This document shows positions 33,140 through 47,300 of a stretch of DNA of 64,000 nucleotides, piece by piece. Source of the stretch: Squalus acanthias (lineage: Eukaryota); NCBI GenBank assembly GCA_030390025.1, contig CM059431.1, positions 144,400,001 through 144,464,000 on the forward strand, given 5' to 3'. Numbering within the stretch: the first letter of the stretch is position 1; each line of letters starts with the position of its first letter. A model generated the notes under the pieces. The model was not told the origin of the DNA. It ran no database searches and saw nothing but the letters and a program-made list of their open reading frames with translations. The position numbers and the translations under genes are program-made.

Positions 33140-34680
33140 CTTCACTGAACCCTTTACCAAGATACGAACAATGACGGACAGGTAAAGACCCTTTGGTCCA
33201 TCCAGCAATTATGATACCTTGTGTATCAAAATATATACAAAATGCACCCGTCGCGACTGTGGCCTGTTCCAGAGGAAAACTATTCAGTGACATCTAAGTT
33301 AGTTGTGACCTTATACAACTTACAATTGTGACGCCTGGTCCTACCTAATCAAATTAATTGGAACAAACTGGCAGCTAGAACACAGTCTATTCGCTTCAAT
33401 ACCTTATAAACTTCAATCAGTTACCCCAAAATGTGCGCTTTTTTAAACTGTACAGTCCGAGCTCTTGTAGCCTAACTTGATAACTAAGATACTTTACAAT
33501 GGGAATTAGCTTAATGTCCATCCTCTGCAACCTTTCCAAAGCCTCAATATCGAACACCATGTGAGGTGGCCAAACTGGACATAGTATTCCAAGGGATGCC
33601 TGATCAAGGTCTTCTGCAAGGACAAATTAATATGTCTTGTCTTGTAATATATTGTTCACTGTATGCTCCCCAACAACTTATTCTCTCTAGCCATCACTTC
33701 ACGGTATTGCTGGTGTACCTTTAAGGTCCGCTTGAAGCCGTCGAGCATCGTCTACAGACCAAACACTCGCACAGACGTCAGAATCATCTTCAAATTTGCA
33801 GAACGAGCCCCCAACGCCTACAACTAGATCATTAATAAAAATAATAAATAACAACGGTCCCAACACTGATCCTTGCGGGACGCCACCGGGGCCCGTGCTC
33901 CAAACAGATCCAAATCCATCTATAACCATGTTTTTCACTTCGTCCTTCCAGCCACTTCTCAATCCAGCTCAACATATCACCACCAATACCAGCGGCTTTG
34001 ATCTTGTAAAGAATCCTCTTGTGCAGTAAATTATCAATAGCTTTTTGGAAGTCTAGGAAGGCAATGCTCAGCTACTATTTTCCCTACCAGATTTGTAAGA
34101 CAAGACCTCCTTTTTTGAAGCCATGTTGGGCGTTCCTAATATGTCTATCGAAACAATTATTTATTGCATCTCCAATCATTCCCTAAAGCATCTTTCCTGA
34201 CACTGATGTCAAGCTAATGGGCCTATCGTTAACCGGGTCCCTCTTGTCTCCGTTTTTATTTAAAGATTGGGACTGCATTAGCTTCCTTCCAGTTTACGGG
34301 AACCATCCCAGAGTGCAGTGAGCTACGAAAAATACGGCTCGCACAGCACCTGCCCCAACTCCCTGAGCACCGACGGGTGGATATCATCGGGCCAGGCTAC
34401 TCTGTCAACTTTCACTTTATTAAATCTATATAACGCAATATGTTTATCTATTTTAATATTACTAGTTTTATTATTAAAATCATTCCATTCTAATGTCGAA
34501 TTTCATCTTCAAGAATGAAGAGTGATACAAAGTGATAATTTATTATTTCTCCAGACCCAGTGAGTCCGTTGTAATGTGACCTTGATCATCCTTCAACGGC
34601 CCAGTACAGATTTCCACAGACTCTTCACATCACTGTAAAAAACTTTTCCATAACTTCCACAATTATCTACCATCATCTTT
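33140..34680 (-). mobile_element. CR1 LINE, decayed
   Basis: [27 protein letters not shown]. Confidence 0.8.
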
Positions 34681-34689
34681 TCCATAGTG

Positions 34690-35535
34690 GTCATGATGCG
34701 CAGATGCCGGTGTTGACTGGGGTGGACAAAAATGAGAAGTTGCACAACACCAGGTTATAGTCCAACAGTTTTATTTGAAATTTCGAGCTTTTGGAACTCT
34801 GCTCCTTCTTCAGGTACAGTGAGGGAATACAAAACGATTACAAAGTATATATAGACAGAGAACAATGTGTCTGCAGAGATACACTCCGTCAGGGAGGCAT
34901 TACATCAAAGACACAGCAGAGTATAGCTAAGACAATGCGGTGGGTCACAGGGGGTCCAACGTGTCAAATGCTGCAGTCTGCAGTTAAGCTTTTAACTTTT
35001 TTTTAAGAACTGGAAATCACACCTGTGAACCAGACAACGATGTCGAGTCACGTTCTGTAGCGTGACATGAAACCGAGATCCCGGTTGAGGCCGTCCTCAT
35101 GGGTGCAGAACTTGGCTATCACTTTCTGCTCGATGATTTTGCGTTGTCGTGTGTCTCTAAGGCCGCCTTGGAGAACGCTAACTCGCACATCCGAGGCTGA
35201 ATGTCCTTGACTGCTGAAGTATTCCCCGACTGGGAGGTAACAATCCTGCCTGGCGATTGTTGCGCGGTGTCCGTTCATACGTTGTCTCAGTGTCTGCATG
35301 GTCTCGCCGATGTACCATGCCGTGGTGCATTCTTACCTGCAACGTCTGAGGTAGACAAGTTTGGCCGTGTCACATGAGTATGTACCATGTACCTGGTGGG
35401 TAGTGTCCTCACGTGTGATGATGGTGTCTGTGTTGATGATCTGGCATGTCTTGCAGAGGTTGCCGTGGCAGGGTTGTGTGGTGTCGTGGTCGCTGTTATC
35501 CTGAAAGCTGGGTAATTTGCTGCGAACGATGGTAC
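34690..35535 (-). mobile_element. Penelope-like element 3' part (GIY-YIG endonuclease and terminal repeat)
   Basis: CHGNLCKTC..YSCDTAKLVYLRRC and QTLRQRMNGHR..PVGEYF..GLNRDLGF; terminal repeat shared with 41923-42148. Confidence 0.85.
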
Positions 35536-36435
35536 TTTTGAGTACCGTCCTCATGGTACCATCTTCTGACCTACAAAATTATTCAATGTACAGCCACTGT
35601 AAAGTCAAAATTCCAACTATGGGTTTAGTTGGGGAAATTAAATAACGTGACACCAACAAGAGCATTGAAACTGAGAATGAGGCACTAACTTAGTGAAACT
35701 ACAATTAAGCCCAAAAACGCCAAAGCAGCGTGTTGCAGATCGAGTTAAAACGTTCCATAGCCAAAGGATAAGAACTAAGCTTGCATTGTCTGCTATATCA
35801 ATGTATAAATGGGAGTGGCAACAGGAGATTATCAGGCAGGGGCAGGTCCAAGAACATCGAGACAAGGTTGCAGTGTTCGAAGCAGATTCAGCCAAAAGTA
35901 CAATTTTAACGATCAAACGTGGCTCCCAGGGTCAAGTCAATGGAGATCTCTCCACGTGACATTAGAAAGAGGTGGAACACACCTGCCACATTGATGATGA
36001 TGGGTCGCAACAACATCCTAGTTAATTGCATAAGAACATAAGAACTAGGAGCTGGATTCTGCCTTTCGTCCCTTCAATAACATCATGGCTCATGTTCTAC
36101 CTCAAGTCCACCTTCTGCATTATCCCCATATTTTTGTTGCCCTCAGTATCCAAAAATCTATCTTTGCCCTGAATATACTCAACGACTAAGCATCCTCAGC
36201 CCGCTGGGGTTGATAATTCCATGGATAAAAAACATTTTGAGTGAAGAAATTAATCCTCATCGCAATCCTAAATACCCAGATTAATAGAGCCGGGATCCTA
36301 ATGAATTACATTTACACAGAGTTAGAGTCAGGTCAAAGAAACAGCTAATGGTCGAAAGGGAGGGTAATTCAAAAACATTAACGTGTTGACTCCGAGAGCT
36401 CACTGTGCCCTTTCCAATGGTGTTTGATCCCAATA

Positions 36436-36900
36436 AACTAACAACGATCTTTGTCCCTTGCTATCTGTGCCCTTTTATATCCCAGTAATAAACAAATTTT
36501 ATGTTGAGCAATGCAATCTAATTGAGAACACAGAACTGAGTCCGGCTGCAGAACGCAGTCCATCTGCAGGGTCATTTGAACCGCAGTTGGAAGAGCTGGC
36601 GGGAAATGTATTAATTGTTGTCCCAATTACTTTTAATGATTTGTTAAAAGATCAGTTATTCATCAGAACAATTTAATCCGAATAAAACCGTGTGTGATTG
36701 AGATCGAGACCAGCAACAGAGAACAGGGCGGGGAGGGATTGTACTGATCAGGCTGAAGGTCGGGTTTATCTCTGTGATGTGTAACTGATCTTTACCCAGG
36801 GTTTGTTCATTAACCTGCAGAACCCACAACTCTAATTTACCCGGACTCTCTGGAAACAGAATCAGGAGCCGCAGCACAAGGTAAGGACCCGGAATATACT
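36436..36900 (+). repeat. Paralogous non-TE block A, promoter/leader-exon-like, ends in a splice donor
   Basis: Alignable with 39768-40236; ggagccgcagcacAAG|GTAAGG at 36881. Confidence 0.7.
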
Positions 36901-37569
36901 GAGCACAATTATAGAGTTTAAATGTATCGGAGACGACTCATCAATTTGTTTATTTGTGTATTTTTTCAATGATATTCAATTATGAGTAAGGCAAGAAAGG
37001 ATTGCTTATTTCTGAATTTAAATTACTGGAAACAGTGCCATTTAATAGGATAAAACCTCAAAATGTAAAAACCAACGCTAAAATTATACAGCTGTGAACA
37101 GTACTGCAACATATATTTCCCGTTTGTGACACGGTTATGAGCAAAAACGTAGAGGTCGAGGCTATTCAACATCAGACAGTTAGAATGACCATCACCGACA
37201 TCCAAAGTTTCCAGCCAAGGGAACATTACCTTTTGACCCGCATTGCCCTCAGGATACTGGGGCTCATTGGTGCCAAACCGAGTCAAATACCATCTTGTTA
37301 TCGAGGGGATTTACGGTCAGCTCCGCTCTGGTCTTTAACTCTTGCATCTATGAACACGTCTGGATCTGAGGATTTCAGGCCCCACCCGAGCTGAGCGTCC
37401 CTGAGCAGGTAATTGATGAGTGAATGTTGCTTGATGGCGCTATTTTTGAGTTCATCCATCATTTTGCTGAACATGGTGAGGTGGCTGGAATGGAGGTAAT
37501 TGGCTGGATTCAATCTGTCCTTAATTTTATGGATAGGTCATAACTGGCCATCCAAGCATTCAAACAACC

Positions 37570-38700
37570 ATGGTCAACATGTGAGGTAAGACGCAATATA
37601 AAGCTAAAAGAAGTGACTCTGACTCATGCCAATGCATGCGGTAATCCAGTGGACTGGGAGAAACACTCAAAACAGCAATGGGACACAAAAAATATTAAAA
37701 GCGGCAAAATGGAATACGAAAAATATATTGCAAGTAATGCAATTGCTAATTACTATAAACGTGTAAAACGTGTATAACTTTATTTAGAGTAGGGGAGTGG
37801 CTGAGGGAGTTGTGTTCCAATTAAAGACAGACAAGAGTGATACCATAAAAACTAACATGGCAACAGCAGATTTATCCAACAGTTACTTTTTATCGTTTTC
37901 CCAGTAGAGGAAGAGGACAAAGTACCAGTGATCGAAGGGAAACTAAAAATAAATCTAGCGGAGGATCTAACCGTATTTATAATAGTGAAAATGTTTATGG
38001 AAAAAATAATGGGACTCAGGATAAATAAATCTCCAGTACCTGATGGTTTCCACCCAAGTAGGAGTAAAAAATTCAGAACCGTTAGTTATAATCTTTCAAA
38101 GCTCTCTTGATTCGGGAATTGTGCCGTTAGACAGAATAATTCCTATTTAAGATTGTGAGATAGAGAAACCAGGAAACTTCATTCCTTTCAATTTACCTTC
38201 GGTTGAGGGAAAGCTACTAGAATCGATCTTTAAAGATAGATTGACTGAGCCATTGAGCAAATAAAAGGTGACCAGAGAAAGCCAGCATTGCTTTATTAAA
38301 GGTAAATAATGCCTGATTAATCTAGTTCACTTATTGAGTAGATCTCTAATAAGGTAGACATAGGAGTGCCTATGGATGTTACCTATGTGGATTGCAGCAG
38401 TAATTGAATAAGTTTCGACACAAAATAACATTTACAAAAATGAGAGTGCATTGAAATGGATGAAGCCTTTTAACTTGGAGTAAAATTGTGGGGGAAATAG
38501 GAGACAGTGTGAATTAATGGTGTGTACTCAGATTGACGTGTTGTGTAATGGGGTACTGTATTCCCTTAAGAATAGAAGATTGAGAGGCGATATGACCGAG
38601 GGGTTTAAAATGTTAAAAGGTTTCGATAAGGTAGATAGAGAAAAAATATTTCCTCTGATCGGGAAATCAAGAACGAACGGAAATAATTGAACCTTTGAAT
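37570..38700 (+). mobile_element. Old CR1 LINE fragment
   Basis: INKSPVPDGFHP; degraded RT remnants and agattgagaggcgatatga. Confidence 0.6.
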
Positions 38701-39767
38701 GAGGCCTTAACCTACTGAAACTACAAAATAGGCAAAGTTGAATTTTTAACATGGAGATGTGTGACCAAACAGAAAAGAAAATTGAAGAGAAACATTAGGC
38801 AGCTGCTGGATCATTATTGTAGGCACCATTTCTCCAGCCTGTAACAGTATTCCGTGAAGAGAATGAGGGATGGGCTGTTGGAACATGCGTGTACCTTGTT
38901 TGACGCTGCAACACGTTGAATAGCCTTGATGTATCCTGTATGGTGGATGGGGAATCAGACATGCAACAAGAGGCGGAAGCTAGTCAGATATGGGGCAGGT
39001 GGAATGGAAAGGAGAGACAGAATCAGATATAGATCGGGAACGGAAAAGGAGGAAAGAAAGTTAAGTGTAAAATTAGGACTTCAGCAGGTGGGGATGGATT
39101 AACTGGTTAGGGGAGAGTTAGGGTGGAGGAAGACTGTAGGGCTGGAGGCAGTTACAGATGGTGTGCGACATTGAGGCATGGAGCAGGTGGGATGGAATGT
39201 TCATCTGCGGAAGGGAAGTTACTACAGAATCGGACATAGAGCTCATAGGAATGGAAACAGGGGGAAGAACAGAAATGGAACCAGTGGGGGAGGGAAGAAA
39301 ACATTAAAGACCTGACACAGCACTGGTGGGAGCAGCCGACAGGTAAAAGGCAGGGGTTTCAGACACGGAGCAGGGGGAGCTGTAAACAGACTGGGAGCGG
39401 CAGCACAGAGAAGCAGGAAGGGGATTGAGACACGGAGCAGTCGCAATCGGTAGACTGAACTTTTAACATTAATATTACATACAAATACTAATTAGCAAAT
39501 CAATTTAATGTTCAGAGTTTCCCAGTATCATAATCAATTGACTCCGTTGCCAAACTGTTAAAATAAAGATGACATGAAAATGTGAAAATACATCACGACC
39601 ACTAAAAGGTAACAGGCAGATGAAGCAGAAATATCAGTTGTTTACCGCATACATTGACTGATTCCGTTCCAGTTACTGAAACCCGGAGCCTGAGATTCAT
39701 TGGTGTGGGCATCCTGATCAAGGCCCAGACTGGTACTCATTAACTAGAGGCAATTTGCTGCAGATTA

Positions 39768-40236
39768 TAAACAGCGATCTTTGATCTTTGCCCCTTACCA
39801 TCGCTGCCCTTCTCTGGTCCGATAATAAACTGGTTTTAGGGTGAATATTAATATCAAATTGATGATCTGAAACTGATTCCCGCTAAAGAACACGGTTTCA
39901 CTGTGGCGTCTTCTGAACCGCAGATGGAAGAGCTGTAGGGAAATGTAGTCATTGTTCCCAAACAGAAGATTAATGACTCTGGCTAAAATGTCAGCAATTA
40001 TTCAATACAATTCAATCCGAATAAAATCGTGTGTGATTCTGATCGAACCCTGCACCAGAGAACAGGGCAAGGAGGGATTGTACTGATCAGGCTGAAGGTC
40101 GCGTTTATGACTGTGATGTGTAACTTATCTTCAGGGTGTGTTCATTAACCTTTTGAACACACAACGCGAACTTACCCAGACCCTCTGGAGCCAGAATCTG
40201 GAGCCGCAGCACAAGGTAAGGACCCGCAATATACTG
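39768..40236 (+). repeat. Paralogous non-TE block B
   Basis: Shares ggagggattgtactgatcaggctgaaggtcg and ggagccgcagcacAAG|GTAAGG (GT at 40216) with block A. Confidence 0.7.
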
Positions 40237-40504
40237 CGTAAAAATGTTGTATTCTAAAATAGCGATATTGCCGTTTATTTGTGCAGTAGTTAAAAGAAAT
40301 AGATAGGTTAATAGAACAATAATGGACAGGTAACAACGGATGAATTTTCAGAAATTAATTTACTGGTTGTTGAGTTATTTGACAAAATAAAACTTCCCGA
40401 TGCAATTCTACAGGCTCTAATTCTGCTGCTGTAAAAATTATTCAAGTACATTTGTCGTTTATTGTACGCTTAGGAACGAAGAGTCAGAAGTCGTTTCCAT
40501 AATG

Positions 40505-41910
40505 TCATAGAATTATAGAACACAGAAGGAGGCCATTCGGCCAATCCTGCCTGTGCCGGTACTTTAAGAAAAAAATCCAATTAGTCTTGCTCTTTTGATC
40601 TGTCAACTGAAACTTACATTTTTCTCACCTTTAAGTCGTTATCCAATTCCCTTTTAAAAGTTACTATTGCATGTGCTTTCATCACCATTGCAGGCAGTGC
40701 ATTCCAGATCATAATAACTCAATGCCTACAACAATCCCCTCATCTCACATCTGGCTCGTTTGGCAATTGCATTAAATCTGTGTCCTCTGTTTACTGACCC
40801 TTCAGCCAGCAGAAACAGTTTTTCCTTATTTACTCTGTCAAAAAAGCTTCATGAATTTAAACACCTCCATTAAATCTCTCTGCTGTAAGGAGAACAACCC
40901 CAGCTTCTCCAGTCTCTATATTTAACTGAAGTCCCGCATCTCTGTTACACTAGTAGTAAATCTCCTCTGCGCCCTCTCCAAGGCCTTGACAGCCTTCCTA
41001 CAATGTGGTGCATAGAATTGGATAGAATGCTCCAGCTGAGGCAGAACCAGTGACTGATAAATGTTCAGCCTAACGTCCTTGTTTTTGTACTCTCTGGGCA
41101 AAACTGTGGCAGATGGAGATCTGTTTCTGAAATTGTGAGATCTTCCACTTTGAACCTGAAAAAGATAGATCAGAGTATTTCCTAATTGTCGAGAAGCTAG
41201 GAACTGTGGATGAGCCGGGAGATTTAGTGGTCCAAGTACAACAATCACGAGAAGCCAGTCGATGGGTACAACAATAATACAAAGGCTAATGTAACGTTGG
41301 CCTTTATCTCAAGAGGGCTGCAATACAAACTGGTAGAAGTTACGTCACAACTGTGCAGAGTTCAGGTTGGATCTCATTTAAAGTACCATGTTATGTTCTG
41401 GGCACCGCACCTCGAGAAGGAGATCTTGGCTTTGGAGGTGGTGCAGCTGAGTTTCACCAGAATAATACCGAGGCTAAAAGGGTAAAATTATGAGGACTTA
41501 TTACACAGATGAAGCATGTATTCTCTTCAGTTTGCAATATTAAGGGCTGATCTAATTGATGTATTTATGATGATCTAAGTAATTGATAGGATAAAAAGAG
41601 ATATAATGTTTCCTCGGATGTAGGAGTCCAGAACGAGGGGGCATAACCTTAAAATCAGAACTAGTCCGTTCACAGGTGAGGCCACAAAGCACGGCTTATA
41701 CACAGGGTCGTGAAAAACTGGAACATTCGCCTTCAAACAGCTGTTGAGGCTCAGACAATTGAAAATTTCAAAACTAAGATTGATAGATTTTACAGAACCA
41801 AGGCAGGTAGATGGAGTTTAGATAAAGATCAGCCATTATCTCATTGAATGGCGGAACAGGCTCGAGCGAATGAATAGCCTACTCATATTCCTATGTTCCT
41901 ATATTCCTAT
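40505..41910. mobile_element. Two divergently oriented CR1 3' fragments (minus 40505-41095, plus 41095-41910)
   Basis: LERAQRRFT on minus, LKYHVMFWAPHL on plus, CR1 tails at both outer ends. Confidence 0.7.
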
Positions 41911-41911
41911 G

Positions 41912-42162
41912 CCTCTATTTATACAAAATTGAGAGGTCGCACAACACCAGGTTATAGTCCAACAGTTTTATTTGAAATCACAAGCTTTCGGAGCTTACTA
42001 ACTGCTCCTTCGTCGGGCCCGACGAAGGAGCAGTTAGTAAGCTCCGAAAGCTTGTGATTTCAAATAAAACTGTTGGACTATAACCTGGTGTCGTGCGACC
42101 TCTCAATTTTGTCCACCCCAGTCCAACACCAGCATCTCCGCATCGTGACCTCTATTTATACA
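41912..42162. mobile_element. Penelope-derived palindromic insertion with 14-bp TSD
   Basis: Arms 41923-42017 and 42018-42112 with one mismatch seen and no spacer; CCTCTATTTATACA at 41912-41925 and 42149-42162. Confidence 0.85.
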
Positions 42163-42269
42163 GCCAAGGATCCACTATACTTTTCAAAAAGTCTTATGAA
42201 ATTCTCCTGCCATCTACAAATATTTCTGTACGTATGCCCCCATATATGTCGGTTCATGCACCTCTTTTA

Positions 42270-44340
42270 ATATTGTACCAGTTAGTTTATATTGAATCTG
42301 CTCATTCTTCCTTCCAAAATGCATCACTTCACACTTCCCTTTATTTAATTTGACCTGCCATGTGTCTGCCCATTTCACCAGGCTGTCTATGTCCTCCTGA
42401 CGTCTTTTACTATGCTTCTGATGGTTGACTACTTTTCAGAGTTTAGTGTCATTTGCAAACTTTGAAATTATACCTTGTATACCAAGTCCAGTTCATTCAT
42501 ATATATCAAAAAGAGCAATGGTCGTAACACCGGCCCCTGGGCATACAACCGTATGCTTCCCTCCACTCTGAAAAATATTGTTTCGCCACTACTTTCTGCT
42601 CACTTTCCCTTAGTCAATTTAGGTCCACGCTGCCATTGCACCTTTAATGTAATTGGCTTAAATTTTGCTAACAAGTCTATTATGTTGTATTTAATCAAAC
42701 GCCTTCTGAAAGTCCATATACACATCATCAATTGTACAACCTCCATCAACCTTCCACCTTATTTCATCGAAGAACTCAATCAATTCATTCGGACATGATT
42801 TGCTTTTAACAAATCTGTTTTGGGAGTCCATTATTACCCCATGCTCTTCCAAGTGACAAATTATTTTGTCTCATATTAGAGGCCCGTATTTTCCAATGCC
42901 TACGGGTGTGTACGAGCTGTGTACACGCCCCTAGGGACAGAGGAAATACCGGTGTCAGGCATGCGAAGCGCATGTGCTGAAAACCGGCATTTCCGATCTG
43001 TCAAGAATCCTCTTGACAGGTGGGACGCCTGCCCTGGAGAAAGGCGTCTGCGGTCGGAGAGTTCCACTTTCTGCAGAACCTCCGCCCGCTGAAATCACTT
43101 ATAATTCTTACGATAGCAAAATACTGCGGATGCTCGAAATCCAGAACAACAACAGAAAACGCTGAAAAAACTCAACAGGCCAGGCAGCATCCGAGGAGAG
43201 AGAAACAGAGTTAACGTTTCAGTTTGAAGACCTTTCGTCCTGACCTGAAACGTTAACTATGTTTCTCTCTCCACGGATGCTGCTTGGCCTGCTGAGTTTT
43301 TCCAGCGTTTTCTGTTGTTGTTTTTAAAATTCTTACGCCTGCTTTTACCAGCAAAAGAGTTTAAAAAAGTAAAAAAGTATTTTTTTCACTCATTTATAAT
43401 TTTAAAATACATTTAATAAAGGAAAGTCTATTTTTAGCCCCGTAAATTTCTTTAATTATTTTATTCAAAAATTTAATTTTTGTTTGAAATATTTAATTTA
43501 ATGTAATTTTAACTCATTTTTAAAACGTGATGCTTTTTTAAAAATGTATTTAATTGTTTAGTGTCTTTTTTCAGTGATTCCCCATTCATACTTTTGACAG
43601 GTCCATCTTTCCAAACTGTGAAGAGGGATACCCTTCTTTCATTGGCTCGCCTGGCCCACGTGATCACAGGGTCGCTTGCGAACCGCATGCGCTCCTGGGA
43701 TACCTGGGCCCTGCGCAGTTGGACTGTGGAGAGGCCCAGGATCAGAAGTGTCCGGACCTCGGGAGCCCTCAGGTAAAGACCTAGATTTTTCCCGTTAGGA
43801 GGTATCCGCACGTAGGAAGCCTCCTATCGGAAATAACGGGCCATTGTCTCTACAAGTAATTGTAGTTGCTTGGTTTATCTCTCTCCTCTATTTTGAACAG
43901 TGGTGTAATATTTGCTTCGCCCCCCCACCCCCCCCCCCCCCCCCCAGTCCTCTGGCACCACTCCCTTGTCCACGGAGGTTTGAAATATTGTGGCCAGAGC
44001 CTCCACAATTTCCACCCTTACTTCCCTCAGCATCCCATTCAGACCGGGTGAGTTTTATATTTTGAGCGATGTCCACCGATTTAGTACCACCCCTTTAACT
44101 ATTTATTTCTTATCCGATTTCACTACATTTACAGTAAATTGTTAGCATCCTCTTCTCTATTGAAGAAAGATGCGAAGAGCTAATTTAGTACCTCAGCCAT
44201 GCCCACTGCGTTCACAAGAAAATTGCCTTTTATGTCCTTAATCGGCCCCAACTTTCCTTCGACTATCCTTTTACACTTTATATGTTTATAAAATACATTA
44301 ATTTTCCCTTTTATATTATCGCTAACAATTCCTCATACAT
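42270..44340 (-). mobile_element. CR1 LINE fragment interrupted by a MITE
   Basis: RT-region sequence (minus ..gactttcagaaggcgtttgat.., ..aagtttgcaaatgacactaaact..) on both sides of 42881-43842. Confidence 0.65.
42881..43842. mobile_element. Non-autonomous DNA transposon (PIF/Harbinger-like TIRs) with a nested Penelope-type hairpin at ~43116-43325
   Basis: TIRs GGCCCGTATTTTCC / GGAAATAACGGGCC (12 of 14 match); CpG-rich ends, AT-rich centre. Confidence 0.65.
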
Positions 44341-47300
44341 ACATACTATGCCCATTCTGCAAGTTTATTAATGTCCACCTGAAATTTGTTGCAGTCCTCC
44401 TCAGTATTGACTATCCCTCCCAATTTGGTGTCATCTGGAAATACTGATAATGTGCATGAGACCAAATACTGAATTTGGGCCATAATGTAACTAGTGATGA
44501 AAATTTGACGAAAGCTATGAAAGATGTCAAAGCGGAACTGTTGTGAAACCACATGTCAACGTGCAGAATCTGCTTTGCTTTGCAACAAATCATCTTGGTG
44601 AACTGTTTAGATGGAACTGAAACTCAGACGTGACAATTAGGCTATTACTTCAGTGGAAGACTCTTGGTGATATTGTGGACTAACAATTAAATGTTGAAAT
44701 AAAAAGAAAAGAAAGATGGAGGTACCTAGTTGCGTTTCCCAGTGCACGGTACTCGGACCACTGCTGTTTGTGATATGCATTAATGACTTGCACCTGTTAG
44801 TACGGCGAAGCATTTCGAAATTTGCAGCTAACACGAAACGTAGAAGTGCAGTAAACAGTGAGGAAAATAGCAATAGATTTCAAAAAGTCATAGACAGGCC
44901 AGTGGAATGCACGGACATGTCTTAAATGAAATTCACGCAGAGAAGTGTGAGGTGTTACATTTTGGTACTAAGAATGTGCAGGGACCATGCCTACTATGTG
45001 GTACAATTTTAAAAAGGATGAAAGAACAGAGAGACCGGGGGTGTTTTTTAATAAATGCTTGACATTGGGTGGACAAGTTAGCAAAACATTTAATAAAGGA
45101 TATAGGGATCCTGGGCTTTATAAATAGAGGTATTGCATGCCAAAGCCAGGAAGTTATACTAAACTTGTATATACACTAGTTCCACCTCAGCTGGAGTAAT
45201 GTTTCCAATTCTGGGCACCACAATTTAGGAAGGCCGTGAAGGCTTCGGACAGGGTAAAGCTGAGCTTTGCTAGAATGGTTCCAGGGTTGAGGGATTACAG
45301 TTATCGGTATAGACCAGAGAAGCTGGGATTGTTCTCCTTGAAGCAGAGAAGGCTAAGAGGAGATTTGATGGAGATGTTTAAAATCATGAATGGTTTATAT
45401 AGAGTGAATAAAGATAAATTGTTTCCAAAGACTGAATGGTCGATAACGAGAGGGCACAGATTTACCCGGTGATTGGCAAATGAACCAGAGGCCACATGAG
45501 GGAAAACTTTTTTACACAGCGAGTGGTTAGGATTGTGAATGCAATATCTGATAGGCGGATGGATACAGATTCAATAGTAAATAACAAAAGGGAATTAGAT
45601 AAATACTTGAAAAAGACAAAATGCAGGGAAATAGGGAAAGAGTGGGGGAGTGGGACTAACTGGATTGCTCTTTGAAAGAGCAAGCGCAGACGGGATGGGC
45701 CGAATGGCCTCCTTCTATGCAGTACTATTCCACGATTATTTTTAGCGACTTTCACAACCTCAGATCGTCCCAAAGCGCTTTGCAGAAAATTAAGCATTTT
45801 TGAATTGCTGTCACTGTTGTAATTTAGGAAACACGGCAGCTAAATTTGCAAGCTCCAACTACAGCAATGCGCCAATGATTAGGTAATCTGTCTTACAGTA
45901 ATGATGGTTAAGGACCAATATTGGCTCGAACACCGGGGGAACTCGCCTCTGTGCTTCGAAAATAGTGCCATGGCCTCGTTCTCGTTCTCCTGATAGGGCA
46001 GACGCGGCCCTCATTTTAACGTCTCTTCTGAAAGACAGCACCACAGATAGCGCTGCACTCCCGCAATACTGCACTGGGAGTGTTGGCCTCGATTTTCTGC
46101 AAAAAGCCTCTGGTGAGGAGCTTGAACCCAAAGCCTTCTGATTCAGAGGTGCCCCTATGCTTGACATCGTTCACCTCACTCTGACCTATAAGTCAGAAGT
46201 TCGTGGCTTCCAGTCCCATTGCACAGTGTTGAGGGAGCGTTGTTCTGCGATTCCATCTTTCGGATAAGACTTTAAAATGAGGCCCTGTCTTTCTCTTCGG
46301 TGGACCTAAATGATCCATGGCACTATTGGAAGAAGAGCAGGGGAGTTCGCCCCGGTGTTCGAGCACGTATTTATCCCTCAACCAGCATCACTAAAAAAAC
46401 AGATTGACGGTTTATTGCTAATTGTGGGAGCTTGCTGTGCGCAAACTGTCTGCCGTGTTTCCCATATTACAATATTACATAGGATTACATAGGATTACAT
46501 AGGATATACGGCACAGAAACAATCGATTCGTCCCAACCAGTCCAAACTGGCATTTATGCTCCACTCGTGCCTCCTCTTGTCTTTACTCATCTAAATCTAT
46601 CAGCATAACCCTCTATTCCCTTTTCCCTCATATGCTTCCATAGCCTCCTCTTAAATGCATCTATACTATTCGCTTCAACCACTCCCTGTGTTAGCGAGTT
46701 CCAGATTCTCACCACTTTTTGGGTAAAGAAGTTTCTTCTGAATTGCCTACTGGATTTCTTGGTGACTATCTTATATTGATCGCCTCTAGTTATGCTCTAC
46801 CCGACAAGTGGAAACATTCTATCTATCTGTACTCTATGAAAACCTTCAATAATTTTAAAGACATCTATTAGTTCGCCCCTCAGCTTTATTTTTTTCAAGA
46901 GAAAAGAGACCCAGCCTGTTCATCCTTTCCTGAAATGTATACCCTCGCATTTCTGGTATCATCCTTGTTCATCTTTTCTGCACCCTATCCAGTGCTTCTA
47001 TATCCTTTTATTTAATATGGGGACCATAACCGTACGCACTCTAAGTGTGGTCCAACCAAGGTTCGGTACAGGTTTAGCATAACTGGCCTACGTTTCAATT
47101 CTTCACTTTTAAATCCTCGTGCTTTTTTTAAATTTGTATGGCCTTGCTAACCAGTGTCGCAGCTTTTAGTGATTTGCTAATTTGTATTCCGAGATCCCTT
47201 TGTTCCTCTACCTCACCTTGACTCGCACCATCCAAGTAATAAGTGACCTCGCTATACTTCCGACCAAAATGCAAAACCTCACATTATCTGTGTTGAACTT

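Noticed and set aside
37036..37408. Ig-like motif L.F......DTGAHWC within an AG..GT interval
   Set aside because: Only one motif; the frame has several stops and the other Ig strands are not recognisable.
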